Numbered from the stretch's first letter, positions 19,990 to 29,849 are shown. The stretch is 64,000 nucleotides of DNA from Candidatus Marinacidobacterales bacterium (GCA_965226495.1 OZ245365.1:3072001-3136000); one strand, 5' to 3'. Notes: generated by a model from the letters alone, not told the origin. A program made the numbers and translations.

Positions 19990-20013
19990 GTCGACAGTAA
20001 TGTCGACAGTAAT
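19990..20013. promoter_or_regulatory. Tandem 12-bp direct repeat (GTCGACAGTAAT x2), candidate operator
   Basis: Exact tandem repeat containing the TGTCGACA palindrome, about 95 bp upstream of the Mo-enzyme operon. Confidence 0.4.
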
Positions 20014-20107
20014 AATGTTAAGCTTGCACATCGGCCAACGCCAGCGGTACACAGTAGACAAGATCGATAATCGGATATGATTACGCTTTAGACGGTTAGG
20101 AATCCGT

Positions 20108-22864
20108 GTGCCGAAGAAAAAAAACCTCAGCTTTAAAGTGAATGGTCAGACCGAGACGCTCGAAGTCTCTTCACGCACCCGACTCCTCGACGCTCTGCGG
20201 CTAGGACTCGGACTCACCGGCACCAAGGAAGGGTGCGGCACCGGAGACTGTGGCACCTGCACCGTTCTCCTCGACGGGCGTCCCGTCAATTCCTGCTTGG
20301 TCATGGCGCTCCAATCCGAGGGTCGCGAAGTCACCACCGTCGAAGGCCTGGGAACGCGCGGCCGGCTCGATCCGATTCAAGACGCGATGGTGCAGTGCGG
20401 CGGTATCCAATGCGGTTTCTGTACTCCCGGCATGGTGATGTCGCTGAAAGGGTTGATGGCGAGAAACCCCCAACCGACCGAGGAAGAAGTTCGCGTCGCC
20501 ATCTCGGGGAATCTCTGTCGTTGTACCGGCTACAGCAAGATTCTCGAGGCCGCCCAAAGCGTGGTCGACGGCGTGAGGCCCGACAAGCCCGATGGCACTA
20601 TCGGGTCGCGTTTCGTTCGCACCGACACGGTAGAGAAAGTCACCGGCCGGGCCGTCTACGCCGAAGATATCCAACTTCCGAAAATGATCTACGGCGTGGT
20701 GGTGCGGAGCCCTTATCCCCACGCGCGTATCCTTTCCATCGACACGTCCGAAGCGAAAGAGATTCCCGGAGTCAAAGCGGTCGTCACCGGCCGCGATTTC
20801 GAGATGGGTTTTTACGGCATCGACCTACAAGACCAGCAGATCTTCGCGCTGGACAAAGCGCGATTCCTCGGCGAACCGGTGGCGGCGGTAGCGGCGTCGA
20901 CACTAGATCTCGCGCGCGAGGCTGCGGACAAGGTCCAAATCGAGTACGAAGAGCTCCCCGCGGTTTTCGATACGGAAGAAGCGATTGCCGCAGAGGCCCC
21001 TCTGGTTCATCTCGACGTGAACGAATACGAGCACAATTGGAAATCGGAACGGACCGGGAATCTCTGCTACCAAACGTGGATCGGTCACGGCGATGTCGAC
21101 AAAGGGTTTGCGGAGTCGGACTTCGTCGTAGAGGGAACGTACCGCACCCCGGTCGCTCACCCCGGTGCCATCGAACCGCATAGCGCGACCGCCGAGGTGG
21201 ATCCTTCCGGTCGGGTCACCGTTTGGACCACGACGCAGAAGCCGTTTGCGGTTCGGGCCTACCTCGCTCGTGCGTTCAAACGGCCGGTGAACGATTTCAA
21301 GGTCGTACAAACCCATATCGGCGGCGGCTTCGGTGGCAAAGTCGTCCTTTGTCTCGAGCCTTACGCGGTCACCCTGGCCGAGCGGGCCGGCGTTCCGGTG
21401 CAGATGACATTGACGCGCGAAGAAGAGATGTCGACCACGACGCTCCGGCACCCGGCAAGAGTTCGTCTCGAGACCGGCGTTAAGCGCGATGGCACGTTGG
21501 TGGCGCATCGGGCGCGGATCCTATTCGATACCGGCGCCTACTCCGGCGACGGCCCGACGGCGGGGGCGCTTGCGACGCTGATGGCCACCGGCCCCTATCG
21601 ATTCGAGCACGTCGACGTGACCGCGCTGGTTACATACACCAACAACATTCCCTGCGGTTCTTGCCGATGCCCAGCCGGACCGCAAATGGCGTTCGCGGTC
21701 GAGACCCACTTGGAAAAGATCGCTCGGCGGCTAGGCATGGACAGTCTAGAGTTTCGTCTCAAGAATGCCTGGGTAGACGGAGACTACACGCACACCGGCC
21801 AGGAGCTCACGTCGGTGAGCGTCAAGGAGTGCCTCGAGAAGGCCGCTGGGGCAATCGACTGGGGCACACCTCGAGCGCCGGGAGTCGGTCGAGGCTTGGC
21901 CTGTAATTGGTGGGTCAGTGGAACCTGGGCGACATCGACCCTGATGGAGACCAACGAGGACGGCACCTTTCGTCTTGTCTCAGGTGGTGTCGACATGGGA
22001 ACGGGCGCCATGGGAACGAGCGTGTTGCAGATGGCGGCCGCAGGGCTCGGCGTGTCTCCCGAATCTATCCAACTCGTTCGCGGCGACACCGACACGCTTC
22101 CCTGGGATCACGGACACGGAGGGAGCCGAATGGCCTTCACGGTAGGGCGTTCGGCATACGAAGCGGCTCTGGACCTCAGGAAACAGCTGCTGGATGAAGC
22201 GGCGGGTGTGCTAGAAGCACACGCGGACGCGCTCGAGATTGAGGGTGACAACATCCGAGTCCGAGAGGAGCCAGAGCGTTCGGTTTCATTGGCCCGCATC
22301 TGCTATCGACGGCACAAGAAACATGGAGGCCCTTTAATCGGGAAATCTTCGTTGCTACTCGAGCCTCCCCCGACCGAGCGGACCCGACACCGCGATCATC
22401 CGTATCCCGCGTTTCCCGCGCCCAGCTTCTGCGCGCATGCCGTCGAGCTCGTGGTGGACGACGAGACCGGCGAAATCACCGTGAAGCGCTATTCGGCGGC
22501 ACACGACGTGGGGAGAGCGATCAACCCCACTGCGTGCGAAGGCCAGATCGAGGGTGGCGTGTCCATGGGGCTCGGGTTGGCGCTATCGGAAGAGATTCGA
22601 GAAGAGAACGGGAAGGTGCTCAATCCGAATTTCGCGGACTACCTACTTGTGACCGCGGAGGACATGCCGCCCACGCAAACGTTCTTGGTGGAAAAACCCG
22701 CCGTCGAAGGCCCGTTCGGAGCCAAGGGTGTTGGCGAGCCGCCCGCCGCTCCACCGACCGGAGCGGTCGCCAACGCGCTCACCGATGCGTTGGGCGTCGA
22801 TGTCGTTCGGCTTCCTCTTCATTCCGAAGAGGTCGTGTCTCTCATTAGGACGCGCCGTTCCTGA
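20108..22864 (+). CDS. Xanthine-oxidase-family molybdoenzyme, fused [2Fe-2S] + Mo-binding subunit (paralogue 1)
   Basis: GTKEGCGTGDCGTC, QCGFCTPG, NLCRCTGY, GGGFGGK, GQIEGG, GAKGVGEPP. Confidence 0.93.
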   Translation: MPKKKNLSFKVNGQTETLEVSSRTRLLDALRLGLGLTGTKEGCGTGDCGTCTVLLDGRPVNSCLVMALQSEGREVTTVEGLGTRGRLDPIQDAMVQCGGIQCGFCTPGMVMSLKGLMARNPQPTEEEVRVAISGNLCRCTGYSKILEAAQSVVDGVRPDKPDGTIGSRFVRTDTVEKVTGRAVYAEDIQLPKMIYGVVVRSPYPHARILSIDTSEAKEIPGVKAVVTGRDFEMGFYGIDLQDQQIFALDKARFLGEPVAAVAASTLDLAREAADKVQIEYEELPAVFDTEEAIAAEAPLVHLDVNEYEHNWKSERTGNLCYQTWIGHGDVDKGFAESDFVVEGTYRTPVAHPGAIEPHSATAEVDPSGRVTVWTTTQKPFAVRAYLARAFKRPVNDFKVVQTHIGGGFGGKVVLCLEPYAVTLAERAGVPVQMTLTREEEMSTTTLRHPARVRLETGVKRDGTLVAHRARILFDTGAYSGDGPTAGALATLMATGPYRFEHVDVTALVTYTNNIPCGSCRCPAGPQMAFAVETHLEKIARRLGMDSLEFRLKNAWVDGDYTHTGQELTSVSVKECLEKAAGAIDWGTPRAPGVGRGLACNWWVSGTWATSTLMETNEDGTFRLVSGGVDMGTGAMGTSVLQMAAAGLGVSPESIQLVRGDTDTLPWDHGHGGSRMAFTVGRSAYEAALDLRKQLLDEAAGVLEAHADALEIEGDNIRVREEPERSVSLARICYRRHKKHGGPLIGKSSLLLEPPPTERTRHRDHPYPAFPAPSFCAHAVELVVDDETGEITVKRYSAAHDVGRAINPTACEGQIEGGVSMGLGLALSEEIREENGKVLNPNFADYLLVTAEDMPPTQTFLVEKPAVEGPFGAKGVGEPPAAPPTGAVANALTDALGVDVVRLPLHSEEVVSLIRTRRS

Positions 22865-22923
22865 GCCCGCGGCAGCATCATTTGGGGTTGCCCCGCGTCT
22901 GACATAGTAGAATAATTCCAACC

Positions 22924-25707
22924 ATGAAAAAGACTCTGAACTTCACGGTCAACGATCAACCCGAAACGATTGACGTCACTCCCCGGACCCGTCTGCTCGA
23001 TGCACTCCGAGTCGACATGGGCCTGACCGGCACGAAAGAAGGATGCGGCACCGGCGACTGCGGGAGCTGTACGGTGCTCTTGGATGGCAAGGCCGTGAAT
23101 TCATGCATGGTTTTGGCGCTCCAAGCCGAAGGAAGAAACATCACCACCATCGAGGACTTGGGAAAACCGGGTACTCTCCACCCGATCCAGCAAGCCATGG
23201 TGCAGTGCGGCGGCATCCAGTGTGGGTTTTGCACCCCAGGGATGGTGCTTTCGCTGAAGGCGCTTCTTGATGAGAATCCCCGCCCGGACGAGAAAGAGAT
23301 CCGCGTCGCCATCTCGAGCAACCTTTGCCGGTGCACCGGCTATAGCAAGATCCTCGATGCCGCGAAGGCGGTGGTCGACCGAGCGGCAACCCCGGGAGCC
23401 GCATCCTCTGGCAACGGCAATGCCAAACCTGAGGATGGCTCGATTGGATCGCGCATGGTGCGAACCGACGCCGCGGAGAAAGTGACCGGACGCGCGGTCT
23501 ATGCCGAAGACATTCGGCTCCCGCGCATGATTTACGGTGTGCTGGTTCGCAGCCCCCACGCGCACGCGGAGATCCTCTCCATCGATACCTCCGAGGCGGA
23601 GAAGTTGCCAGGGGTCAAGGCGGTGGTCACCGGCCACGATGTCGAGATGGGTTACTACGGAATCGATCTTCAGGATCAGCAAATATTTGCGTTGGAGAAA
23701 GCGCGTTTTCTGGGCGAGCCCGTAGCCGCTGTTGCGGCGACGACGCCCGACATCGCGCGGGAAGCGGCTTCGAAGGTGAAGGTAGAATACCAGGAGCTGC
23801 CGGGGGTCTTCGACGCAGAGGAAGCGATCGCCTCGGACGCGCCACTCGTGCACGACGACGTCAACACCTATGAGCACAATTGGGAGTCGGACCGGAAGGG
23901 AAACCTTTGCTTCCAAGCGTGGGTCGGAGAGGGTGACGTCGAAAAAGGATTCGCCGAGTCAGATCACGTGATCGAAGGCACCTACTACTCACCGGTGGCG
24001 CACCCCGGCTCTATCGAACCGCACAGCTCGACGGCCATGGTGGATCCCTCAGGACGGATCACGGTGTGGACCACCAACCAAAAGCCCTTCGCGGTCCGAA
24101 GTTATCTGGCCCGTGCGTTCAAGCGACCGGTGAATTCGTTCAAGATCGTTCCGACCCACATCGGCGGAGGCTTCGGCGGCAAATTGGTCCTTTGTCTCGA
24201 GCCCTACGCGGTGATACTCGCGGAGCGGTCCGGACTTCCGGTGCAAATGACCTTGACACGCGAGGAGGAGATGGCGACCACGACGCTTCGCCATTCGGCC
24301 AAGGTCGAGCTCAAGACCGGCGTCAAGAAGGACGGCACCTTGGTGGCTCATCGGGCGCGCCTTTTGTTCAATACCGGCGCTTACTCCGGTGACGGCCCTA
24401 CCGCAACGGCGCTCGCAACTTTGATGGCCACTGGCCCCTATCGATTCCCGAACTTGGACATCACGGGCCTCGTGTCGTACACGAACAATGTTCCCTGTGG
24501 TTCCTGCCGGTGTCCGGCCGGGCCGCAGATGGCCTTCGCGGTAGAAACGCACCTCGAGAAGGTGGCACGCGCCATCGATATGGACAGCCTGAAGTTCCGC
24601 CTCAAAAACGCGTGGGAAGACGGTGACACGACGTGCACCGGACAGGCCCTGGACTCGGTCAGCGTGAAGGAGTGCCTGCAAAAAGCGGCGGATGGCGTGG
24701 AGTGGGACAAGCCGCGTGCGCCCGGCGTCGGAAAAGGACTGGCTTGCAACTGGTGGGTCAGCGGAACTTGGGGTACTTCCACGCTAGTAGAAACGAACGA
24801 AGACGGCACCTTCCGTCTCCTCTCGGGTGGTGTCGACATGGGCACCGGTGCTATGACCACGAGTGTGCTGCAAATGGCGGCAGCCGGTCTCGGCGTGCCC
24901 CCCGAGTCGATTCAGCTCGTTCGGGGTGATACCGACACGCTCCCCTGGGATCATGGGCACGGCGGCAGCCGTATGGCGTTCACCGTCGCGCGGTCGGCCT
25001 ATGAAGCCGCTGAAGATCTCAAAGATCAGTTGCTCCAAGAGGGTGCGCACCAGCTCGAGGCTTCGATCGACGAGCTGGCCCTCGAGGGCGATCGTATTTT
25101 CGTCCGCGAGGATCCGTCGCGCTCGGTGCCTCTGTCGAAGATTTGCTACTACCGTCACAAGAAACACGGGGGGCCGTTGATCGGTCGCTCGTCGATCCTG
25201 GACGACCCCCCTCCGACGCCAAAGGGACGACACCGTTTCCATCCTTATCCGGCCATGCCGGCACCGAGCTTCTGCGCCCATGCGGTGGAGCTCGCGGTGG
25301 ACGACGAGACCGGCGAGGTTTCCGTGACGCGCTACGCGGCCGCTCACGATGTGGGCAAAGCCATCAACCCCACGAGTTGTGAAGGGCAGATCGAAGGCGG
25401 CGTCGCCATGGGACTCGGGCTCGCGTTGATGGAGGAACTGCGCGAAGTAAACGGGAAGGTCCTGAATCCAACCCTCGCCGACTATCTTCTTCTGACCGCC
25501 GAGGATATGCCTCCCATGAAAACAATTTTGGTCGAGAAACCCGCGACCGAGGGACCGGTCGGGGCCAAAGGAGTCGGTGAGCCACCCATTGCGCCGCCCA
25601 CCGGTGCGGTTGCCAACGCACTGACGGAGGTGCTGGATGTCAACGTCGATCGCCTTCCGCTGACTCCTGAAGAGGTCTCGACACTCATCGGAGCACGAAA
25701 ATCATGA
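22924..25707 (+). CDS. Xanthine-oxidase-family molybdoenzyme, fused [2Fe-2S] + Mo-binding subunit (paralogue 2)
   Basis: Same motif set as paralogue 1; colinear and highly similar protein. Confidence 0.93.
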   Translation: MKKTLNFTVNDQPETIDVTPRTRLLDALRVDMGLTGTKEGCGTGDCGSCTVLLDGKAVNSCMVLALQAEGRNITTIEDLGKPGTLHPIQQAMVQCGGIQCGFCTPGMVLSLKALLDENPRPDEKEIRVAISSNLCRCTGYSKILDAAKAVVDRAATPGAASSGNGNAKPEDGSIGSRMVRTDAAEKVTGRAVYAEDIRLPRMIYGVLVRSPHAHAEILSIDTSEAEKLPGVKAVVTGHDVEMGYYGIDLQDQQIFALEKARFLGEPVAAVAATTPDIAREAASKVKVEYQELPGVFDAEEAIASDAPLVHDDVNTYEHNWESDRKGNLCFQAWVGEGDVEKGFAESDHVIEGTYYSPVAHPGSIEPHSSTAMVDPSGRITVWTTNQKPFAVRSYLARAFKRPVNSFKIVPTHIGGGFGGKLVLCLEPYAVILAERSGLPVQMTLTREEEMATTTLRHSAKVELKTGVKKDGTLVAHRARLLFNTGAYSGDGPTATALATLMATGPYRFPNLDITGLVSYTNNVPCGSCRCPAGPQMAFAVETHLEKVARAIDMDSLKFRLKNAWEDGDTTCTGQALDSVSVKECLQKAADGVEWDKPRAPGVGKGLACNWWVSGTWGTSTLVETNEDGTFRLLSGGVDMGTGAMTTSVLQMAAAGLGVPPESIQLVRGDTDTLPWDHGHGGSRMAFTVARSAYEAAEDLKDQLLQEGAHQLEASIDELALEGDRIFVREDPSRSVPLSKICYYRHKKHGGPLIGRSSILDDPPPTPKGRHRFHPYPAMPAPSFCAHAVELAVDDETGEVSVTRYAAAHDVGKAINPTSCEGQIEGGVAMGLGLALMEELREVNGKVLNPTLADYLLLTAEDMPPMKTILVEKPATEGPVGAKGVGEPPIAPPTGAVANALTEVLDVNVDRLPLTPEEVSTLIGARKS

Positions 25708-26567
25708 TCAACGACTTCGAGTTCACGCAGCCGCGGGATGTTCCAGAAGCCCTCAAGGCCTTGACCGAAAAAGGTCGGATCGTGCCGGTTGCCGGCGGTA
25801 CCAACGTTTTGGTCAACATGAAACGCGCCCCCTTGGAGGCCGACCTCGTCGTTGATTTGACCCGGCTCGAAGCCTTGCAACCGATTTCGAGTGACAACGG
25901 AACCATCCGTCTCGGAGCGGGTGTCTCGTTCGCTCGCCTCCTCGAATGGAGCCCGGGTGGTGCGATCGAAGGGCTGATGCGACCGATGTGCGTCGCATTC
26001 GCTGGCCCGCTCATCCGCAACCTGGCGACGGTGGGCGGAAACATCTGCGACGCGTCTCCGGCCGCCGACGTGTCTCCTCCCCTTCTCGCGCTCGATGCCA
26101 GCGTAAATTTGGAAAGCGCTTCAGGCGGATCACGCTCGCTCGCCCTGCCGGAATTCTTCCAAGGGGTCCGCAAGACGGGACGACGCGCCGATGAGTTGGT
26201 CACGAGCATCGAGTTCACGAAACCCGATGACGATGAGCACTGGTTCTACTACAAGCTCGGCAAGCGCAAGGCCGATGCGATCTCGATCGTCAGCATCGCT
26301 ATGACGGTGAAGCTCTCACGAGGTAAAGTAGAGAGGGCACGGATCGCCTTGGGTGCGGTGGCGCCGGTGGCCGTGCGCTCTCCCGAGGCCGAAGGGGTTC
26401 TTCGCGGCGAGGCATTGAGCGATACCATCATCGCCGCCGCAGCGGCAGCTGCTGCTAAGGAATCGCGGCCGATCGACGATTTCCGGGCGAGCGGTAACTA
26501 CCGGCGGCAGATGGTAGAGGTTCTGGTGAAAAGAGGCCTCAAGGCAATCGCGCGGCGGGACAAATGA
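25704..26567 (+). CDS. FAD-binding (CoxM/XdhB-like) subunit
   Basis: AGGTN, IRNLATVGGNI..ASPAAD, PIDDFRAS..YR; ATGA overlap with the upstream gene. Confidence 0.92.
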   Translation: MINDFEFTQPRDVPEALKALTEKGRIVPVAGGTNVLVNMKRAPLEADLVVDLTRLEALQPISSDNGTIRLGAGVSFARLLEWSPGGAIEGLMRPMCVAFAGPLIRNLATVGGNICDASPAADVSPPLLALDASVNLESASGGSRSLALPEFFQGVRKTGRRADELVTSIEFTKPDDDEHWFYYKLGKRKADAISIVSIAMTVKLSRGKVERARIALGAVAPVAVRSPEAEGVLRGEALSDTIIAAAAAAAAKESRPIDDFRASGNYRRQMVEVLVKRGLKAIARRDK

Positions 26568-26575
26568 CCCCATAA

Positions 26576-28582
26576 GTGGGAGTTAGTTTTTCCATGCTCA
26601 CATCGCACTTGAGTAAAATCATCTTTGGATCGGCAGCGGCATTGGGTGCTTGGCTCCTATTCGCGCCTCCCTCGACGGGACAAAGCGCCACCCCGCTCGC
26701 CGAAAAGTACAAACGGTTTCTCGAGGGGTCGGCCTCCTACCTCATGACCGACCAAGAGGAAGAGGTCTTCGAAATACTCAAGACCGATGGGGAACGCGAT
26801 CGGTTCATCGCTTCCTTTTGGGAGGTGCGGGATCCCACGCCGGACACGACCCGCAACGAGTTCCGCGACGAGTACGAGGAAAGGACCAAGGAGACCAACA
26901 AGCTCTTCCGCGGCTACGGGCGGGAAGGGTGGAGAACGGAGCGGGGTCGTACCTACCTTCTGCTAGGGCCGCCCCACGAGCGAAGGGCCTTCGACCAGGC
27001 CCGAGATCTTTATCCGATGGACCTATGGTTTTATCAGACGTCGGACCCCGCTCTGCCAGACTTCTTCTACCTCTTGTTCTACCGAAAGGGCGGTGCCGGT
27101 CACTATCGCCTCTGGAACATGATCAATGACGGCCCGCAAGCCTTGCTCGCGGCGACCTGGGCCCCGGGCGCCGTCCGAGGTCAATTAGATCCCTATTTCC
27201 AGAAGGTCGACACCGATCTCTACCAGGCCGTGGTCGCACCGATCCCAGGTGAGCCGCGTTCCTCCCAGGCCTTTTCGCAACAGGAGATTCTCGCCGTCAT
27301 CGAAGACTATCCCAACCAAAGCATGAACCCCGAGTTCCGAGGCCGCTACGAGCCGGGAAGCGCCATCGTCGACGTGGACTACATGTTCCGTAAGATGGAT
27401 TTGGCTACCCTCGTCGCTCTGCTGCCTTCCGAAAACGGACCCTTCATTCATTACGCACTCGAGATGCCCGCCGAGGACGGCAGATTCAATCAATATGAAT
27501 CGACGTACTACACGGTTTACGACGTCGAGGTCATCGTCGAGACACCGGACGGCAAAACGGTCTATCAAATCCAGGACAAACGAGAAATCGAAGTCGGGGA
27601 AAGTGCTTGGGAGGACGCCAGGATGCGGCCGATAAGCCTCCACGGACGCCTACCCATTGTGCCGGGCGAGTTCGTGCTCCGCTTCCTGGTACGCAGCCGC
27701 ACCGGGCATATCTTCGATACCTTTGAGACATCGATTCGCGTACCCGAAGAGATCGATGTGTCCCACATTGTTCCGGCGGGCTTCTTTCAGCGGCGAGAAC
27801 AATTCGGGAGCCAGCTCGCGTTCCATTTCCGTGACGCCATTCCGGTACCCCATCCGACCGCGATCTACCGTCCGGGCGGCTCTCTGCGCGCTTTCCTTGT
27901 GGTGATACCCTCCGAAGCGAAAGAACTGCTGCAAGTTAAGGGCGAAATCATGTACGGCGAGGAAGTCCTCCACATAGTGAACCAGGAATTCCCGGGAGGG
28001 ACACCTGGTCGACCGGCTCTCATGGCACTCGAGATCGGCCTCCGAAGCTCCCTCATGCCTGGCGACCATCGTTTGGAGCTCGAGCTGAGCTCGGGGCAAA
28101 AGCGCACCCTACCGTTTACCGTCGAGCTTGGCCCGGAGCTGGTACCGCCTTTGGTCAACAGTCCTGCCGAAACACCGAATGCCAGTGGTCTGTGGAATGT
28201 GGAGCGAGCCAAACAACACATCGCTCTGGGACAAAACCTCGCCGCGCTCGAATCTCTCGAGAACGCCGTCGAACGGACGCCGGACTTGGAGTCGGCCCGA
28301 CTCCAACTGGGCGTCCTGGCGTTGGGCCTCGGTCAACCCGAACGGGCACTGGACGGTATCGTGCCGGGCTTGATGAATGATCCGTTCCACTACGACATGC
28401 TCGTCCTCGCCGGCTATGCATCCGACCAACTCCGGCAGCTCGACCAGGCAGTGAAATACTACGAGCGCGCTCGCGCTGCAGAGCAACCGGACGAAAGGCT
28501 CCTTCAGGCTCTCGCATCCTTGTACGAAAAGCTCGGCGAATTAGAGAAGGCAGCAGCGGTGCGGCAAGAGATATCTGACTAG
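26576..28582 (+). CDS. GWxTD domain protein with C-terminal TPR repeats
   Basis: YLMTDQE...FW..RDPTPDT..NEF, GWRTERGRTYLLLGPP; C-terminal TPR-like helices; signal peptide. Confidence 0.85.
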   Translation: MGVSFSMLTSHLSKIIFGSAAALGAWLLFAPPSTGQSATPLAEKYKRFLEGSASYLMTDQEEEVFEILKTDGERDRFIASFWEVRDPTPDTTRNEFRDEYEERTKETNKLFRGYGREGWRTERGRTYLLLGPPHERRAFDQARDLYPMDLWFYQTSDPALPDFFYLLFYRKGGAGHYRLWNMINDGPQALLAATWAPGAVRGQLDPYFQKVDTDLYQAVVAPIPGEPRSSQAFSQQEILAVIEDYPNQSMNPEFRGRYEPGSAIVDVDYMFRKMDLATLVALLPSENGPFIHYALEMPAEDGRFNQYESTYYTVYDVEVIVETPDGKTVYQIQDKREIEVGESAWEDARMRPISLHGRLPIVPGEFVLRFLVRSRTGHIFDTFETSIRVPEEIDVSHIVPAGFFQRREQFGSQLAFHFRDAIPVPHPTAIYRPGGSLRAFLVVIPSEAKELLQVKGEIMYGEEVLHIVNQEFPGGTPGRPALMALEIGLRSSLMPGDHRLELELSSGQKRTLPFTVELGPELVPPLVNSPAETPNASGLWNVERAKQHIALGQNLAALESLENAVERTPDLESARLQLGVLALGLGQPERALDGIVPGLMNDPFHYDMLVLAGYASDQLRQLDQAVKYYERARAAEQPDERLLQALASLYEKLGELEKAAAVRQEISD

Positions 28583-28585
28583 CCT

Positions 28586-28762
28586 ATGAAGTCAACGCAA
28601 CAACCCATTGTTCCGCTTGTGGTGGACGACTCCCTGTGGACGCGACTTTGGCATTTCCTGCCGCCGGCCTTTCTATACGCCGTGCGCCACCTCACCACCG
28701 GCACCGCGATTCGATTCCGTCGACGCTACCTGAAGTGGAAGGGAAAAAAATACTACATATGA
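28586..28762 (+). CDS. Small 58-aa basic/amphipathic protein, below the ORF-track cutoff
   Basis: MKSTQQPIVPLVVDDSLWTRLWHFLPPAFLYAVRHLTTGTAIRFRRRYLKWKGKKYYI; fills the gap, 3 bp after the upstream stop and 10 bp before the next start. Confidence 0.55.
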   Translation: MKSTQQPIVPLVVDDSLWTRLWHFLPPAFLYAVRHLTTGTAIRFRRRYLKWKGKKYYI

Positions 28763-28772
28763 GGGCGATGCC

Positions 28773-29753
28773 GTGAAACTGAAGTCAAAGCCTCCAGCCG
28801 AGTCGGATTTCGTGTATCGAAGTTTGCCTCCCTCGGGCAATAAGCTCAACGGCCTGGGCGAGACGGTACCTCGACGAGCGAGCTACGTCTTTCACTCCAA
28901 CGCCAAAACCGGTCCGCTTCCCTGGGACATCATGCAAGCCCATTTTCGCTACACCTATCCGGGGTGGATGCTGCCGGAGCTTCTGACGAGCATGTGGTTG
29001 GCGTTTCGCCCCCAAGGTAAGGTTGCTAGCCAGCGGCGGGAGGTCAACGATCCCGCGGCGATGGCGGCCGAGATCAAAGCGAAGGCAAAAGAGTTGGGGG
29101 CAGGTATCGTCGGAATCTGCAAGATGCGCGATGAGTTCCTGATCGAGGGGACTAGCTCGCCCTATCGCTACGTCATCGCGATGGGTCTACCGATGGACCG
29201 CGAGATCATGTTGGAGGCACCGCGCCTCAAAGCGGGGCGAGAAGTGTTGAGAGTGTACCGTCGCTGCTCGAGACTCACGGTGGACCTGGCGCGCCACATC
29301 CGCTCGATGGGATGGCCGGCGCAGGGGCTGCCCATCAACAGCAGCGGTGAGTACCTACATATCCCCATGGCGACCGCGGCCGGCCTCGGTGAGCTAGGCA
29401 AGCATGGCTCGCTAATATCGAAGGAGTATGGCTCGAATTTCCGGCTCACGTCGGTCGTCACCGACCTACCGATGGCGCTGGATGAACCCGTCGATATCGG
29501 CGTCGAGGACTTGTGCACCCGGTGTCGGGCCTGCACGGTCGAATGCCCGCCGGACGCTCTCTCCGATGAGAAGCAATGGGTACGGGGCACCCAGAAATGG
29601 TACGTGGACTTCGATCGCTGCGTGCCGTACTTCAGCGACAACTACGGCTGCTCGATTTGTCTCGAGGTTTGTCCGTGGTCGGAACCGGACCGGGGACCGG
29701 GCCTCTCGGAAAAGCTTCTTTCCCTGCGCTCCAAGACTGCTCAAACAGCCTGA
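28773..29753 (+). CDS. Reductive dehalogenase/epoxyqueuosine-reductase-like cobalamin and 2x[4Fe-4S] protein
   Basis: AKELGA..VGI, AGLGELGKHG.LI..EYG...RL..V.TDLP, CTRCRACTVECP, VDFDRC...CSICLEVCPW. Confidence 0.8.
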   Translation: MKLKSKPPAESDFVYRSLPPSGNKLNGLGETVPRRASYVFHSNAKTGPLPWDIMQAHFRYTYPGWMLPELLTSMWLAFRPQGKVASQRREVNDPAAMAAEIKAKAKELGAGIVGICKMRDEFLIEGTSSPYRYVIAMGLPMDREIMLEAPRLKAGREVLRVYRRCSRLTVDLARHIRSMGWPAQGLPINSSGEYLHIPMATAAGLGELGKHGSLISKEYGSNFRLTSVVTDLPMALDEPVDIGVEDLCTRCRACTVECPPDALSDEKQWVRGTQKWYVDFDRCVPYFSDNYGCSICLEVCPWSEPDRGPGLSEKLLSLRSKTAQTA

Positions 29754-29760
29754 AACAGAA

Positions 29761-29847
29761 AAACGGGGACAGGAGATCGATTCTTCATCCTTTACTCCCT
29801 CTCCCTCTGGGAGAGGGCCGGTCGGATTCGATCCCCCGTCCCCGTTT
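29761..29847. terminator. Long hairpin with REP-like core between convergent genes
   Basis: Outer stem AAACGGGGAC/GTCCCCGTTT, inner GATCGA/TCGATC, core CCCTCTCCC-TCT-GGGAGAGGG matching the 7317 repeats. Confidence 0.6.
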
Positions 29848-29849
29848 CG

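Noticed and set aside
20108-25707. Calling these aerobic CO dehydrogenase (coxL) or xanthine dehydrogenase
   Set aside because: The loop is SCRCPAG, not AYRCSFR or AFRGFG; the architecture is fused and there are no cox accessory genes
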